Below, in pieces: positions 51,681 to 64,000 of a stretch of DNA of 64,000 nt (positions within the stretch are counted from its first letter, which is position 1; every line of letters begins with the position of its first letter). Location: the NCBI RefSeq assembly GCF_006345805.1, contig NC_043001.1, positions 91,698,001 through 91,762,000 of the forward strand. The letters run 5' to 3'. The translations under genes and the position numbers were made by a program. Under the pieces are notes generated by a model that worked only from the letters and a program-made list of their open reading frames with translations, was not told the DNA's origin and did no database searches. Source of the DNA: Octopus sinensis (taxonomy: Eukaryota).

Positions 51681-51837
51681 ATAAACAAAAAGGTCAAAAA
51701 TATATGTATATATATATAAAAAAAGCTTATAAAAAATTATAAAATCCGAGGAAAAAACCTTACATTGAATAAAATACATATTGACGTTAATGAAGAAAGT
51801 ATAAATTAATTCATAGAAATTAAACCTGTTATAAATA

Positions 51838-53769
51838 TTACACTGCAATACATATTTTTATTAAAATGTGCATATATATATCAACATACACAAAAGGATT
51901 CGCGCAAACGCCATACATATACAGACGTATGAATATAAATCTAAATATACACATAAATGCATGTGTACATATATTCACGCAAACCATCTCGCACGCAAGT
52001 TAAAAATCATGTATGTAGCGATTCTCATATACTGAGTAAGGGGGGGACGAAAGAAAGGAGAGAGAGAAAAAGGAACGAAGGAGGGGTGGGGAAAAAAACG
52101 AAATAAGAAAAAATTATGTATACAAGCTGTGTAACGGCATTATTGGCATATATGGAGACAAGTATACAAACAAGTTCGAATGGATACATACACATACAGT
52201 CGTGTATATGTGTGCTTAAGCACAAACATACTCTCACTTACACATACACAGATACGCATGCTTACAAATACATATCCTCGGCTATACACATACTTACATC
52301 AACATTCTAATTTTGACAACATTGCTTTTTTTAAAAAAAAAACATTGCTTTTTTTTAAAAGAATGGGTGCATTAATAAAAATATATACGAAAGACATATC
52401 AAATAAAATATAACACCCTATTTTGGATCATTTATAAATAATCAAGGTAATATAAATAATCAAGGTAATCCTATACAATACAATAACACGAAAACAAAGT
52501 CGAAGGTTTTTCCTGATGTATATGTAGAAACATAAGACTTTGCTATACGGATTAAGATCCGCATAGCTTGGAAACAAAATCCATCGTAGCGCTCAGCGTT
52601 CAAGAGTCAAAATCAAAATTTCAAAAAATCAAAAATACAAAATATATACTCTATCCATATGGTATATTTATATTCGACATTTTAAATTTACACTGCATTA
52701 CATATTTTTATTAAAATGTGCATATATATATCAACATACACAAAAGGATGCGCGCAAACGCCATACATATACAGACGTATGAATATAAATCTAAATATAC
52801 ACATAAATGCATGTGTACATATATTCACGCAAACCATCTCGCACGCAAGTTAAAAATCATGTATGTAGCGATTCTCATATACTGAGTAAGGGGGGGACGA
52901 AAGAAAGGAAGAGAGAGAAAAAGGAACGAAGGAGAGGGTGGGGAAAAAAACGAAATAAGAAAAAATTATGTATACAAGCTGTGTAACGGCATTATTGGCA
53001 TATATGGAGACAAGTATACAAACAAGTTCGAATGGATACATACACATACGTCGTGTATATGTGTGCTTAAGCACAAACATACTCTCACTTACACATACAC
53101 AGATACGCATGCTTACAAATACATATCCTCGGCTATACACATACTTACATCAACATTCTAATTTTGACAACATTGCTTTTTTAAAAAAAAAACATTGCTT
53201 TTTTTTTAAAAGAATGGGTGCATTAATAAAAATATATACGAAAGACATATCAAATAAAATATAACACCCTATTTTGGATCATTTATAAATAATCAAGGTA
53301 ATATAAATAATCAAGGTAATCCTATACAATACAATAACACGAAAACAAAGTCGAATGTTTTTCCTGATGTAATATGTAGAAACATAAGACTTTGCTATAC
53401 GGATTAAGATCCGCATAGCTTGGAAACAAAATCCATCGTAGCGCTCAGCGTTCAAGAGTCAAAATCAAAATTTCAAAAAATCAAAAAAGACAAAAATACA
53501 AAATATACTCTATCCATATGGTATATTTATATTCGACATTTTAAATTTACACTGCATTACATATTTTTATTAAAATGTGCATATATATATCAACATACAC
53601 AAAAGGATGCGCGCAAACGCCATAACATATACAGACGTATGAATATAAATCTAAATATAACACAAATGCATGTGTACATATATTCACGCAAACCATCTCG
53701 CACGCAAGTTAAAATCATGTATGTAGCGATTCTCATATACTGAGTAAGGGGGGGGAACGAAAGAAAGGA
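51838..53769. repeat. Tandem duplication, about 850-860-bp unit, about 2.25 copies
   Basis: ttacactgca at 51838, 52688 and 53547. Confidence 0.95.
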
Positions 53770-53782
53770 TTTTATATGTCTG

Positions 53783-53840
<58 letters not shown>

Positions 53841-54032
53841 TACAGAGAAAAAGAGAGGGGTAACAGAGAGATGGACAGAGTGAGAGTACAATTTTGTTGT
53901 TCCTTTTATCATGAAATAAGCAAATAATATCTGAAAGCATATACACAGCATAAGAAACTAGTATTATTGCAAATTGGAAAACACGGGAGATAAGAATATA
54001 GAAGCATTCTTATCTTAGAAGTATACACACAC

Positions 54033-54084
<52 letters not shown>

Positions 54085-54371
54085 AGGTCAGTTCGACCTT
54101 GATCTCTATGATCTCTATGATCAAAAGCATACCAGCCTTGACTATCCTGCATTACTGTATATTCTTATTGTATATCTTAAGCTCCATGTATTATTAACGT
54201 TTCAAGTGGGAAATTTGTAATCTGAGATTAAATCGATTGGTATTTAAAGAATGTCAAGCAATATGAGGCCACATTAGTAGACTTCCGGGTATTGGTTTGA
54301 CACAGGTGATTGCATATCACGTACACGACCCTACACTACGCATAAGAAAATAGAGATTGGAAAGTTCATAA

Positions 54372-54652
54372 TTGTCTATTATTAACAACAAATTAATCAT
54401 CATCCCTTACAAGTGTTTCAATACTCAGTAACTATTAAATTTATATTACCTGAAAATAACTTCTTCAGAGGGATCATTAAGTCGGCTATAATGAATCCAT
54501 AAACACATATAAAACATCCAAGGGTATATTTTTCCCTCTGAAGGTATTATGCACATGTCAAATAAATTTAATATTTTCTTAATATTTACTGAGTATTAAT
54601 CGAAACAGCTGTAAGGAGTGATGACTAATTTGCTGCTAATAATAAACAATTA
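54372..54652. repeat. Old inverted repeat with outward-reading hammerheads
   Basis: Minus: atccct-CTGAAGA...GAAAC-actt-GTA-agggat (54402-54474). Plus: ccct-CTGAAGG...GAAAC-agct-GTA-agg (54533-54618). Confidence 0.7.
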
Positions 54653-55139
54653 TTAACTTCCCAATCTCCATTTTCTCTTTCTTCTTTGATATGAAGATAA
54701 ACTTTTATATATATACCTATTATTTTAAAGAAATTAATTCCCCCTAAATTCTAGGTATTGAATCAGTATTTCCTTGGATGAAACCAACCCTTCATGAAGT
54801 TAACACAACTTCTAATCGAATTATATATATATATATGTATACACACAATCAACTGATGAAATCCAGAGATGCTCAATATAGAAAACTCTTGGTGACGCTC
54901 ATATGATTTGAACTTACTTACTCTCTGAAATCTCTGTCGAAGACTAAGTCCGCAGAGTGTGACTATAATAAGAATCCAAGTGAGCAGTTATGGATATAAT
55001 GAAGCTAATAAACAAATAAAAGCGCTTGGGTTAGATATACATGTAAATAAAGAGAAAGCTAAATCTGAAAATTTTCATGATTATTCATGAATGAATATCA
55101 AAGTATTTATATATTAACAGACAAAACTGAAAATAGAGT

Positions 55140-55510
55140 AGAAAGACACAGAGGAATTGGAGGCATGGAGTTACAGGACTTACAGCTGTTTCTGGGGGCT
55201 CGGAGTTACTTCATTGTGTTGGTAGATGTAAATCACAAACATAAGGAGCCAGTAATGGAAGCATACAATGGAAACATTTCAACTCATAATAGAAATTCCC
55301 CTGCATTGTGATTTGAAATGTTAGATTTTTATTTCTCTACCCTGTAAACGGAGGCTAGATGTACTCAGTGTTTATATGCTTCCATTACTGGTTCTATATT
55401 TTTCATGAACTACATCTGCCAATATTACGAAGTAACTCCGAGTCTCCTGAAACAGCTGTCGGGCCTGTAACACCATACTTTCTCCTCTTTAATTTTCTGT
55501 ATCTTTTTGT
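55140..55510. repeat. Old imperfect inverted repeat with GAAAC-agct-GTH on both arms
   Basis: About 55140-55265 versus about 55372-55510, roughly 75-80% similar by eye. Confidence 0.65.
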
Positions 55511-55701
55511 GCTGTTGATATATAAATACATAAATATCTATATATCTATACATGAATATTAATCGTCTGAATATTTTTAGGCATTGTTTTCTCTCTGTTT
55601 ACATGTATTCATATATATATATATTGTACATCTAACCACAGCCATTTTATTTGTTTATTACCATTATTATTTGTCTGTCTGTCTGTCTGTCCGTCTCTCC
55701 G

Positions 55702-55734
<33 letters not shown>

Positions 55735-55765
55735 TTCCCCCCTCTCTCTCTCTCTTTCTCTCTCA

Positions 55766-56681
<916 letters not shown>

Positions 56682-57055
56682 TGTGTGTGTGTGTGTGTGT
56701 ATAAGCGTTTACTTGCACCCGTCATTGGACTGCGGCCGGCCTTGAAAGACTGAATTAAGTAAATCGGCCCCTTTACTTATTCTTTAAGCCTAGTTTTATT
56801 TTTTCTTTCTTATTTGCCGAACCACGAAATTACGGCGACGTAATCAAACCAACACCGGTTGTCAAGAGGCGCGAGAGATCGACATAACACTAACACAAAG
56901 ATACACACTATATATTTGTATGTATGTATGCATGTATGTATGTAGGTATGTATGTATGCATCTATATATATATATACACACATATATATATATATATATA
57001 TATACATATATATATGTATATATATGCATATTATATATATATGTATATACGTACA

Positions 57056-57123
<68 letters not shown>

Positions 57124-57215
57124 CTCCTATATGCACAGATACACACACACACACACGCACACAAGCACACATACGCATAAGCATACACACATACACACGC
57201 GCACACATATAGAAA

Positions 57216-57424
57216 GGAGTGCCTAAAAGTTCCTGGCTTTAAGGGTGTCATGAAAGGCCTGGCTGGACCCAAGTTTTCGAGTTATTTTGAAGAACTTAGA
57301 AAAATTGTAGAACTGCTGCAATAAGTGTGTGAATCTAAGAGGGGAATATGTTGAATAAAATCACAATTAACCTATCATGGTGTATTTTCTAATTCCTAAA
57401 GCCAGGAATTTTTAGTACCCCTGC
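57216..57424 (+). mobile_element. Mariner-derived MITE (about 205 bp)
   Basis: TIRs ctaaaagttcctggcttta / taaagccaggaatttttag; residual KCVNLRGEYVE*. Confidence 0.75.
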
Positions 57425-57554
57425 TACACCATACTCGAAAAAGGATTCGATCAAACAAGTATCAGGTGAACTCTTGGGGCAATGTAATCATCTTGTCTCT
57501 TACCACGAAATTCTAAGTTTTCTGCCTATAGGTGAAAGAATTATTATCATTATT

Positions 57555-57964
57555 GAGTGAGCGAGCAGTGCATGCCATCAAAGTGACACTGGGGTAAAAT
57601 ATACGAAACCCAGTGTACCCATCATGACCCGTCTGATAAGGATACACCAGGCACAGGCATCACAACCATATGTGCGCGACATTGTGATCTCATATCACGA
57701 TAAACAGCGCTTGACTTTGCAGGTGGAGCTTCAGGTCGAGTAGCCCATCCAGCTCAAAAGGTCCCTGAATAAGGGTTGTTTAAAGATGTTGAACGAAACA
57801 CCCATGTTTTCAGGGGTGATTATCCAAACCCCAAAGAATTCCTCTCAACACATGGCTATGATTCTTCCCGACTATTTCTGCTCGTGATCAGAGATGCGCA
57901 TATCGTCAGCCACCAGGAGATATGCTCAGCAACTGGTCAAGCAACTGATAACCAAATCTGTGGT
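57555..57964 (-). mobile_element. 557-bp element, copy 4 (truncated)
   Basis: The conserved end attaches to an att-rich tract. Confidence 0.8.
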
Positions 57965-58134
57965 CCGTTGCTCCGTTCTGAGTTCAAATTCCGCGGAGGG
58001 CGACTTTCGGGGGTCAATAAAATAAGTACCAATTGAAGACTGGGGTCGATATAATCGACTCAATCCTTCCCCCAAAATGGCTGCCCTTGTGGCAAAACTT
58101 GAAACCCTTATCATTATTATTATCATCATCATCA

Positions 58135-58190
<56 letters not shown>

Positions 58191-58398
58191 GTGAGCTGGC
58201 AGAATCGTTAGCGCATTGGACGAAATGCTTATCGGTATTTCACTCGTCGCTACGTTATGAGTTCAAATTCTCCCGAAGTCGGCTTTGCCTTTCATCGTTT
58301 CGGGGTCGATAAATTAAGTACCAGTTGAACACTTTGATCGATTTAATCGACAATTCTCCCGACCCAAATGGTTGCCCTTGTTGCAAAATTTGAAGCCA
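57965..58398 (+). mobile_element. Two SINE C fragments with (ATT)n tails
   Basis: Motif match. Confidence 0.75.
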
Positions 58399-58427
58399 TT
58401 ATTAATATTATTATTATTATTATTATT

Positions 58428-58984
58428 GAGTGAGCGAGCAGAGCATGCCATCAAAGTGACACTGGGGTAAAATATACGAAGCCCAGTATACCCATCATGA
58501 CTACCCGTCTGATAAGGGTACACCAGGCACATGCATCACAACCATATGTGCGCGACATGGTGATCTCATATCAAGATAAACAGCACATGACCTTGCAGGT
58601 GGAGCCCAGTTAGAATTTTCTTCAGATCGAGTAACCCATCCCGCTCAAAAGGTCCCTGAATAAGGGTTGTTTAAGGACGTTGAACGAAACAGCCATGTTT
58701 CCAGAGGTGAATTATTCAAACCCCAAAGAATCCTTCTCAACACATGGCTATGATGCTCCCCCACTACTTCTGCTCGTGATCAGAGATGCACATATCGTCA
58801 GCCACTAAGGAACATGCTCAACTGGTTAAGGTCAAACAACTGACAAGCAAATCTGTGGTATTGAGCAGAATATTTGCTGTAGCCCATATTTTATACCAAG
58901 ACAAAACAATGTACATGATAACACTTCCAATCAGTTAAGATCAGAAGCCATGAGAGCCATGCCTGGTACTGCATCAGGGCATTT
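58428..58984 (-). mobile_element. 557-bp element, copy 5 (full length)
   Basis: ATT repeats on both sides. Confidence 0.9.
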
Positions 58985-59043
58985 ATTATTATTATATTAT
59001 TATATTATTATTATTATTACTTACTAACTATTATCATTATTAA

Positions 59044-59077
<34 letters not shown>

Positions 59078-59249
59078 ATTATTATTATTATTATTAGTAG
59101 TAGTAGTAGTAGGAGTAGTAGTAGTAGTAGTAGTAGTATATATTCATTTATTTGCTTATTTACATTTTAAATCCTATTATTATTGTTGATGTTGTTATTT
59201 TTGTTTATATGCATATATATGTATTTGTGTTTGTGTGTGTGTGTGTTTG

Positions 59250-59825
59250 CTTTTTACCGCTTGACAACCGATATTGGTGTGTTTACGTCCTGTAACTTAG
59301 AGGTTCGCTAAAAGCGACCGATAGAATAAGTACTAGGCTTACAAATAAGTCCTGGGGACGATTTGCTCGGCCAAAGGCGGTGTTCCAGCATGGCCGCAGT
59401 CACATGACTAAAACAAGTAAAAAGGATGCGCAGGGAGTGGCTGTGTAGTAAGTAGCTTGCTTACTAACCACACGGTCCTGGGTTCAGTCCCACAGCGTGA
59501 CACCTTGGACAAGTGACTTCTACCATAGCCTCGGACCGACCAAAGCCTTGTGAGCGGATTTGGTCGACGGAAACTGAAAGAATCCTTTTGAATATATGTA
59601 TATATGTTTATGTTTGTGCGTCTGAGTTTGTCCCTCCACCATTGATTGACAACCGATGCTGGTGTGTTTACGTCCTGTAACTTAGCTGTTCGGCAAAAGC
59701 GACCGATAGAATAAGTACGAGGCTTTCAAAGATTAAATCCAAGGGTCGATTTGTTCGACTAGAAGCGGTACTCCAGCATGGCCACTGTCAAAATGACTGA
59801 AACCAATAAAAGAATAAAAGAATAA
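59250..59825 (+). mobile_element. SINE A 3' half followed by a full SINE A
   Basis: Tail at 59250-59425, new head from about 59427. Confidence 0.8.
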
Positions 59826-60221
59826 AACAGATGCCTCTATCGTCCATCTGCCGCCCTTCCTTGTTTTGTCCCAGTTTTCTCATTGCTGTGGTTTTTCTCG
59901 TAGACTCGTCTTCTATGTGATCGTTCGGAATCTAAGAAAAAACAAACAAACAACAAACAACAAAAAAAAAGAAACAACAACAAATCCACTCTCATATCAC
60001 TCTAGCCTTTTTGGAAATGAATGACACGACAGACAGTGTAATCAAAGACACACAAAACAAGGGATGGTCACCGCTAGAACGCTGTTAATTGTAAGTTTGC
60101 TCGGTTACGGTTGACCAGGGATGAGAAAAAGAAAAAGCAACATAAAACTGACAGTACCACCACTACCTTCAACCACGACGACGACGACGACGACCACCAC
60201 CACCACCACCACCACCACACC

Positions 60222-60255
<34 letters not shown>

Positions 60256-60324
60256 GCAGCAGCAAATGGTTGCAATTTAGATATTATCAATAGCTGCTGT
60301 TTCATTAGCCTCGGGCATCATCAC

Positions 60325-60752
60325 AGGGTCAAATTTTGACACAAGGTCAGCGCTTGAGGAGGTGGCAGTCGGTTACATCGTCCTCAGTTTTTAATTGGTA
60401 CTTTATTTTATAGAACCAGAAAGGATGCAAGGCAAAGTTGGCCCTCGGCGGTATTTGAATTCATAAAATAAAGTAAAAAGCAAGGAGAAATACAGCTAAG
60501 CATTTCGTCCGATGAGCAAAGGATTATTTATTGCCCACAAGGGGCTAAACATAGACGGGACAAACAAGAACAAACAAACGGATTAAGTCGATTATATCGA
60601 ACCCAGTGCGTAACTGGTGCTTATTTAATCGACCCCGAAAGAATGAAAGGCAAAGTCGACCTCGGCAGAATTTGAACTCAGAACGTAGCGGCAGACGAAA
60701 TACTGCTAAGCATTTCGCCCGGCGTGCTAATGTTTCTGCCAGCTCGCTGCCT
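60325..60752 (-). mobile_element. Tandem SINE C units
   Basis: Two ctcggc.g.atttgaa.tc cores with different tails. Confidence 0.75.
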
Positions 60753-60999
60753 TAACGTTGGACATCATAATGGCAAATTGTCATTTTCTCGCAGAAAAAA
60801 AAAGGGAAAATAAAAGACAAGAAATAGGAAACCTCCAAATCATCGCAATATTTTGTTATAATGACTGAGGAAAGTGGCCGACGGTGTTGAGCTTTCTGAA
60901 AAGCCTTAATATTGGTTTCGATGTAAAAGACTTACTCCCTCCACTCGAACTTGCTGGTCTTGTTATGATCCAATTCCTCCTCCCACACATCATTACTAC

Positions 61000-61530
61000 C
61001 ATCGACATTGCTTTCATCATCATTGTCATCATCATCATCATTATTGTGAAGAACGACATACTGTTACTGTAGCTACTCCCATCTCACAACCCGTCATCCT
61101 CCTCATCTTTCACCTCTTCCTCATCTTTCTCCTCTTCCCCCATCTGTCTCCTCCTTCTCCTCCTCCTCCCTCCTCCTCTCCTCCCCTCTCTCCTCCTCCT
61201 CCTCCTTACCACCACCACCACCACCACCACCACTATCATCATCATCATCATCATCATCATTATCATCATCAACATCATCGTAATCCCTCTCAATATTCTT
61301 CCTTTATTCTTGTCTTCTTTTTTTCCTTTTTTCTCATCATATTATCATTATTAAGATCATCATCATCATCGTTGTCGTCGCCACGATCATCATTATCATT
61401 GTTTTTGTCGTCGTCGTCACCACGATCACCATGATCATCATTATCATCATAGTTGTCGTCATCTTCGTCGCTTATGTCGTCGCCATCATCATGATACCAC
61501 CATCATCATCATCATCATCATCATCATCTT
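61000..61530. repeat. (ATC)/(CTC)/(ACC) trinucleotide low-complexity field
   Basis: Direct inspection. Confidence 0.9.
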
Positions 61531-61869
61531 ATTAATATATCCTATTCCTTCTTTGATCTGAGTACATTAATCGAAACCCTCCCTGACAGCGACAGACACC
61601 ATCTATTATGACTAGTAACAACTCCTACGTCACACGCTTTCACCGATGTTGTAGGTGTGAGAATGAGCGTACATGAACGCGCTGTTGCGAGAGATGAATT
61701 ACAGCATAGTGGAACTCCCCATAGCGCAATATTTCCCTACATAAGTCATCATTTTTATAATACAGCTGTACTGTAATTTAGCCGGCCCCAACACTACTCG
61801 AAAATCTGTCAGCAGGGGGTAGAACCATCACATGCTTTTTCAGCAGCAATATTACGAATAAATAAAACG

Positions 61870-62392
61870 TTGCTTAGCGGTATTTCGTCTGCCGTTACGT
61901 TCTGAGTTCAAATTCCGCCGAGGTCGACTTTACCTTTCATCCTTTCGGGGTCGATAAATTAAGTACCAGTTAAGCACTGGGATCGATATAATCGACTTAA
62001 TACCTATGTCTGTCCTCTATGTTTAGCCCCTTGTGGGTAATAAAGAAATAGGTATTTCGTCTGCCGTTACGTTCTGAGTTCAAAATCCGCCGAGGTCGAC
62101 TTTGCCTTTCATCCTTTCGAGGTCGATAAATTAAGTACCAGTTACGCACTGGGGTCGATTTAATCGACTTAATCCGTTTGTCTGTCCTTGTTTGTCCCCT
62201 CATGTGGGTAATAAAATGCTTAGCGGTATTTCGTCTGCCGTTACGTTCTGAGTTCAAATTCCGCCGAGGTCGATTTTGCCTTTCATCCTTTCGGGGTCGA
62301 TAAATTAAGTACCAGTTGCGTATTGGGGTCGATCTAATCGACTGGCCCCTTCCCCCAAAATTTCGGGCCTTGTGCCTAGAGTAGAAAGGAGT
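61870..62392 (+). mobile_element. Head-to-tail trimer of SINE C
   Basis: gtatttcgtctgccgttacgttctgagttcaaa at about 61880, 62052 and 62227. Confidence 0.9.
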
Positions 62393-62449
62393 ATTACGAA
62401 TAAATAAAATGGTGAGCTGGTAGAATCGTTACATACATACAATAATACA

Positions 62450-62481
<32 letters not shown>

Positions 62482-62640
62482 CCCAATCCAGATTACAAGT
62501 TCAGTTTTATACCTAATTATTGAGGCACTGGCTAAATACCAATAATACACTCCCTAAATACCAATCTTGAGAAATTCAAAACCAGAAAAGAGAAAACTGA
62601 TTCGAAAACTACAGATTTGAACTGTAAAACTCTGTTCAAA
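62482..62640 (+). pseudogene. RLE LINE C-terminal fragment following (ATAC)n
   Basis: PDYKFSFIP..IEALAKY..LNTNLEKF...RKLIRKLQI*TVKLC. Confidence 0.6.
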
Positions 62641-62689
62641 GAGGCGAACCTCGTCATATGCTCGGGTCAAGGCATAGAAAACAACCCCC

Positions 62690-63775
62690 GATATCAACAG
62701 CGGGGCCCGACAGCATATTCTGGTTTACCCCAGTCGCATCATGCTAGTTACGTACTCCTTTGAGCAACATCAATTCACTCATCAGCCCACAAACTCTCTC
62801 CGAGCTTTCCTGTCATTAATAAACTCTCTTGCCTCTCTCACTCCAACACCTCAAACTACCAAAGCTTTCCTCATTCCATCCATCCATCCATCATTCCATC
62901 CATCCACACAAACCGAGGTCTACCTCTGGTTCTGCTGCCTACCACTTCGGCCTTTATCAGTCTCCTTACCATCCGCTCCTCATCCATCCTCTCCATGTGG
63001 CCAAACAACCTCAACATTCGTCTATCCATTTTAGTTGTTAGTTGTTCTCTCATTTCTGCTCGCCTTCGCACCTCCTCATTCCACATCCTGTCCATCCGTG
63101 TCACACCAACCATTGCCCTCAAGCATCTCATCTCAGACACATCTAGTCGCCTCTTTTCCGCCTCTCTCAACCCCCACGTCTCTGCACCATATAACATTGT
63201 CGACACAATCACGCCCTCATACACACCTCTTTTGGCTTTCATACTCAACCTCTTATCTCTCAGCATACCATTCACAACTCCCTCACTCTATATCTCACTT
63301 CCTCAGCCAGCCCCACCATTTACCGTCACATGTGATCCAAGACACTTAAAAACACTAAACTCCTCCAACATCTCACCATTTATACTCACATCCATCCTAC
63401 CAGCTATTCCATCTCTCGAACATCTCATCACCTTATCCTTATCTACATTCACTTTCAGTTTCCTCCTCTCACACACTCTTCCAAACTCTGCCACTAGTCT
63501 TCTCAGTTGCTCTTCTGAATCTGCCACCAGTACTGTATCATCAGCAAACAACAACTGACTCACCTGCCATTTATCTCCATTTTCCCCCATCATTTGGGCT
63601 CTCCTTCCAAAGGCTCTAGCATTTACTTCTCTCACCACACCGTTCATATGTAAATAAAACAGCCACGGAGACATCACACAACTCTGTCATAACCCCGTCT
63701 TCACATCAAACGACTCAGTTACTTTACCACCCACCCTAAAGCTTGCCCTATTTCGTATACACAAAAATACCCTGT
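62690..63775 (-). pseudogene. RTE-clade LINE, 5'-truncated
   Basis: SPWLF, QLLFADDTVLVA, KLKVN, LYGAETW, EMRCLR, GHMERM, GRPRFVWMD. Confidence 0.92.
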
Positions 63776-63839
63776 TGATGTTGAAATTCCAATGAAGGAG
63801 TCTTAGATCTATTGGCAAGAAATCTTGAAATAAAATTGA

Positions 63840-64000
63840 ATAGGTGCTGGAGTGGCTGTGTGGTATGTAGCTTGCTTTTCAACCACATGCTTCCGGGTTC
63901 AGTCCCACTGCGTGGCACCTTAGGCAAGTGTATTCTACTATAGCCTCGAGCTGACCAAAAGTCTTGTGAGTGGATTTGGTAGACAGAAACTGATAGAAGC
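63840..64000 (+). mobile_element. SINE A 5' part, cut by the window end
   Basis: Head and body match. Confidence 0.85.

Noticed and set aside
60920-61060. Minus-strand acidic peptide (DDESNVDG..WEEELDHNK) ending at a GTAAGT donor-like site
   Set aside because: Largely derived from the (GAT)n tract, with no homology recognised and no neighbouring exons.
62995-63558. 187-aa plus-strand ORF
   Set aside because: It is the antisense shadow of the RTE reverse transcriptase.

Overview
This is a gene-free, very repeat-dense animal genomic window. The tRNA-derived SINE families, microsatellite load and AT content are what I recognise from octopus/coleoid cephalopod genomes; the taxon is an inference. 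I found no supportable host protein-coding exon, and nearly all short ORFs in the track are translated microsatellites or SINEs. The recognisable content is: a near-intact 5'-truncated Penelope-like element (Neptune-type, RT plus GIY-YIG) inserted into a SINE with an 11-bp TSD; a CR1-like LINE; RTE LINE remnants; restriction-like-endonuclease (RLE) LINE 3' fragments that sit in (TACA)n tracts; several Tc1/mariner relics; a non-autonomous Helitron; four tRNA-SINE families; and a 557-bp element always attached to (ATT)n. The most interesting layer is RNA-structural. About a dozen type I hammerhead ribozyme (HHR) motifs of the Penelope pseudo-LTR kind can be read. Most are arranged as inverted pairs reading outward (23.8-24.2, 32.6-33.0, 40.0-40.5, 54.4-54.7 kb and probably 55.1-55.5 kb), and one set is a 461-bp tandem. 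The best candidate for an undescribed system is 32553-33033: a tRNA-headed (Pol III box A/B) unit with a Penelope hammerhead tail and an inverted pseudo-LTR, all inside one 12-bp TSD. It looks like a SINE mobilised by Penelope machinery. All alignments and folds were done by eye and none has been computationally verified.
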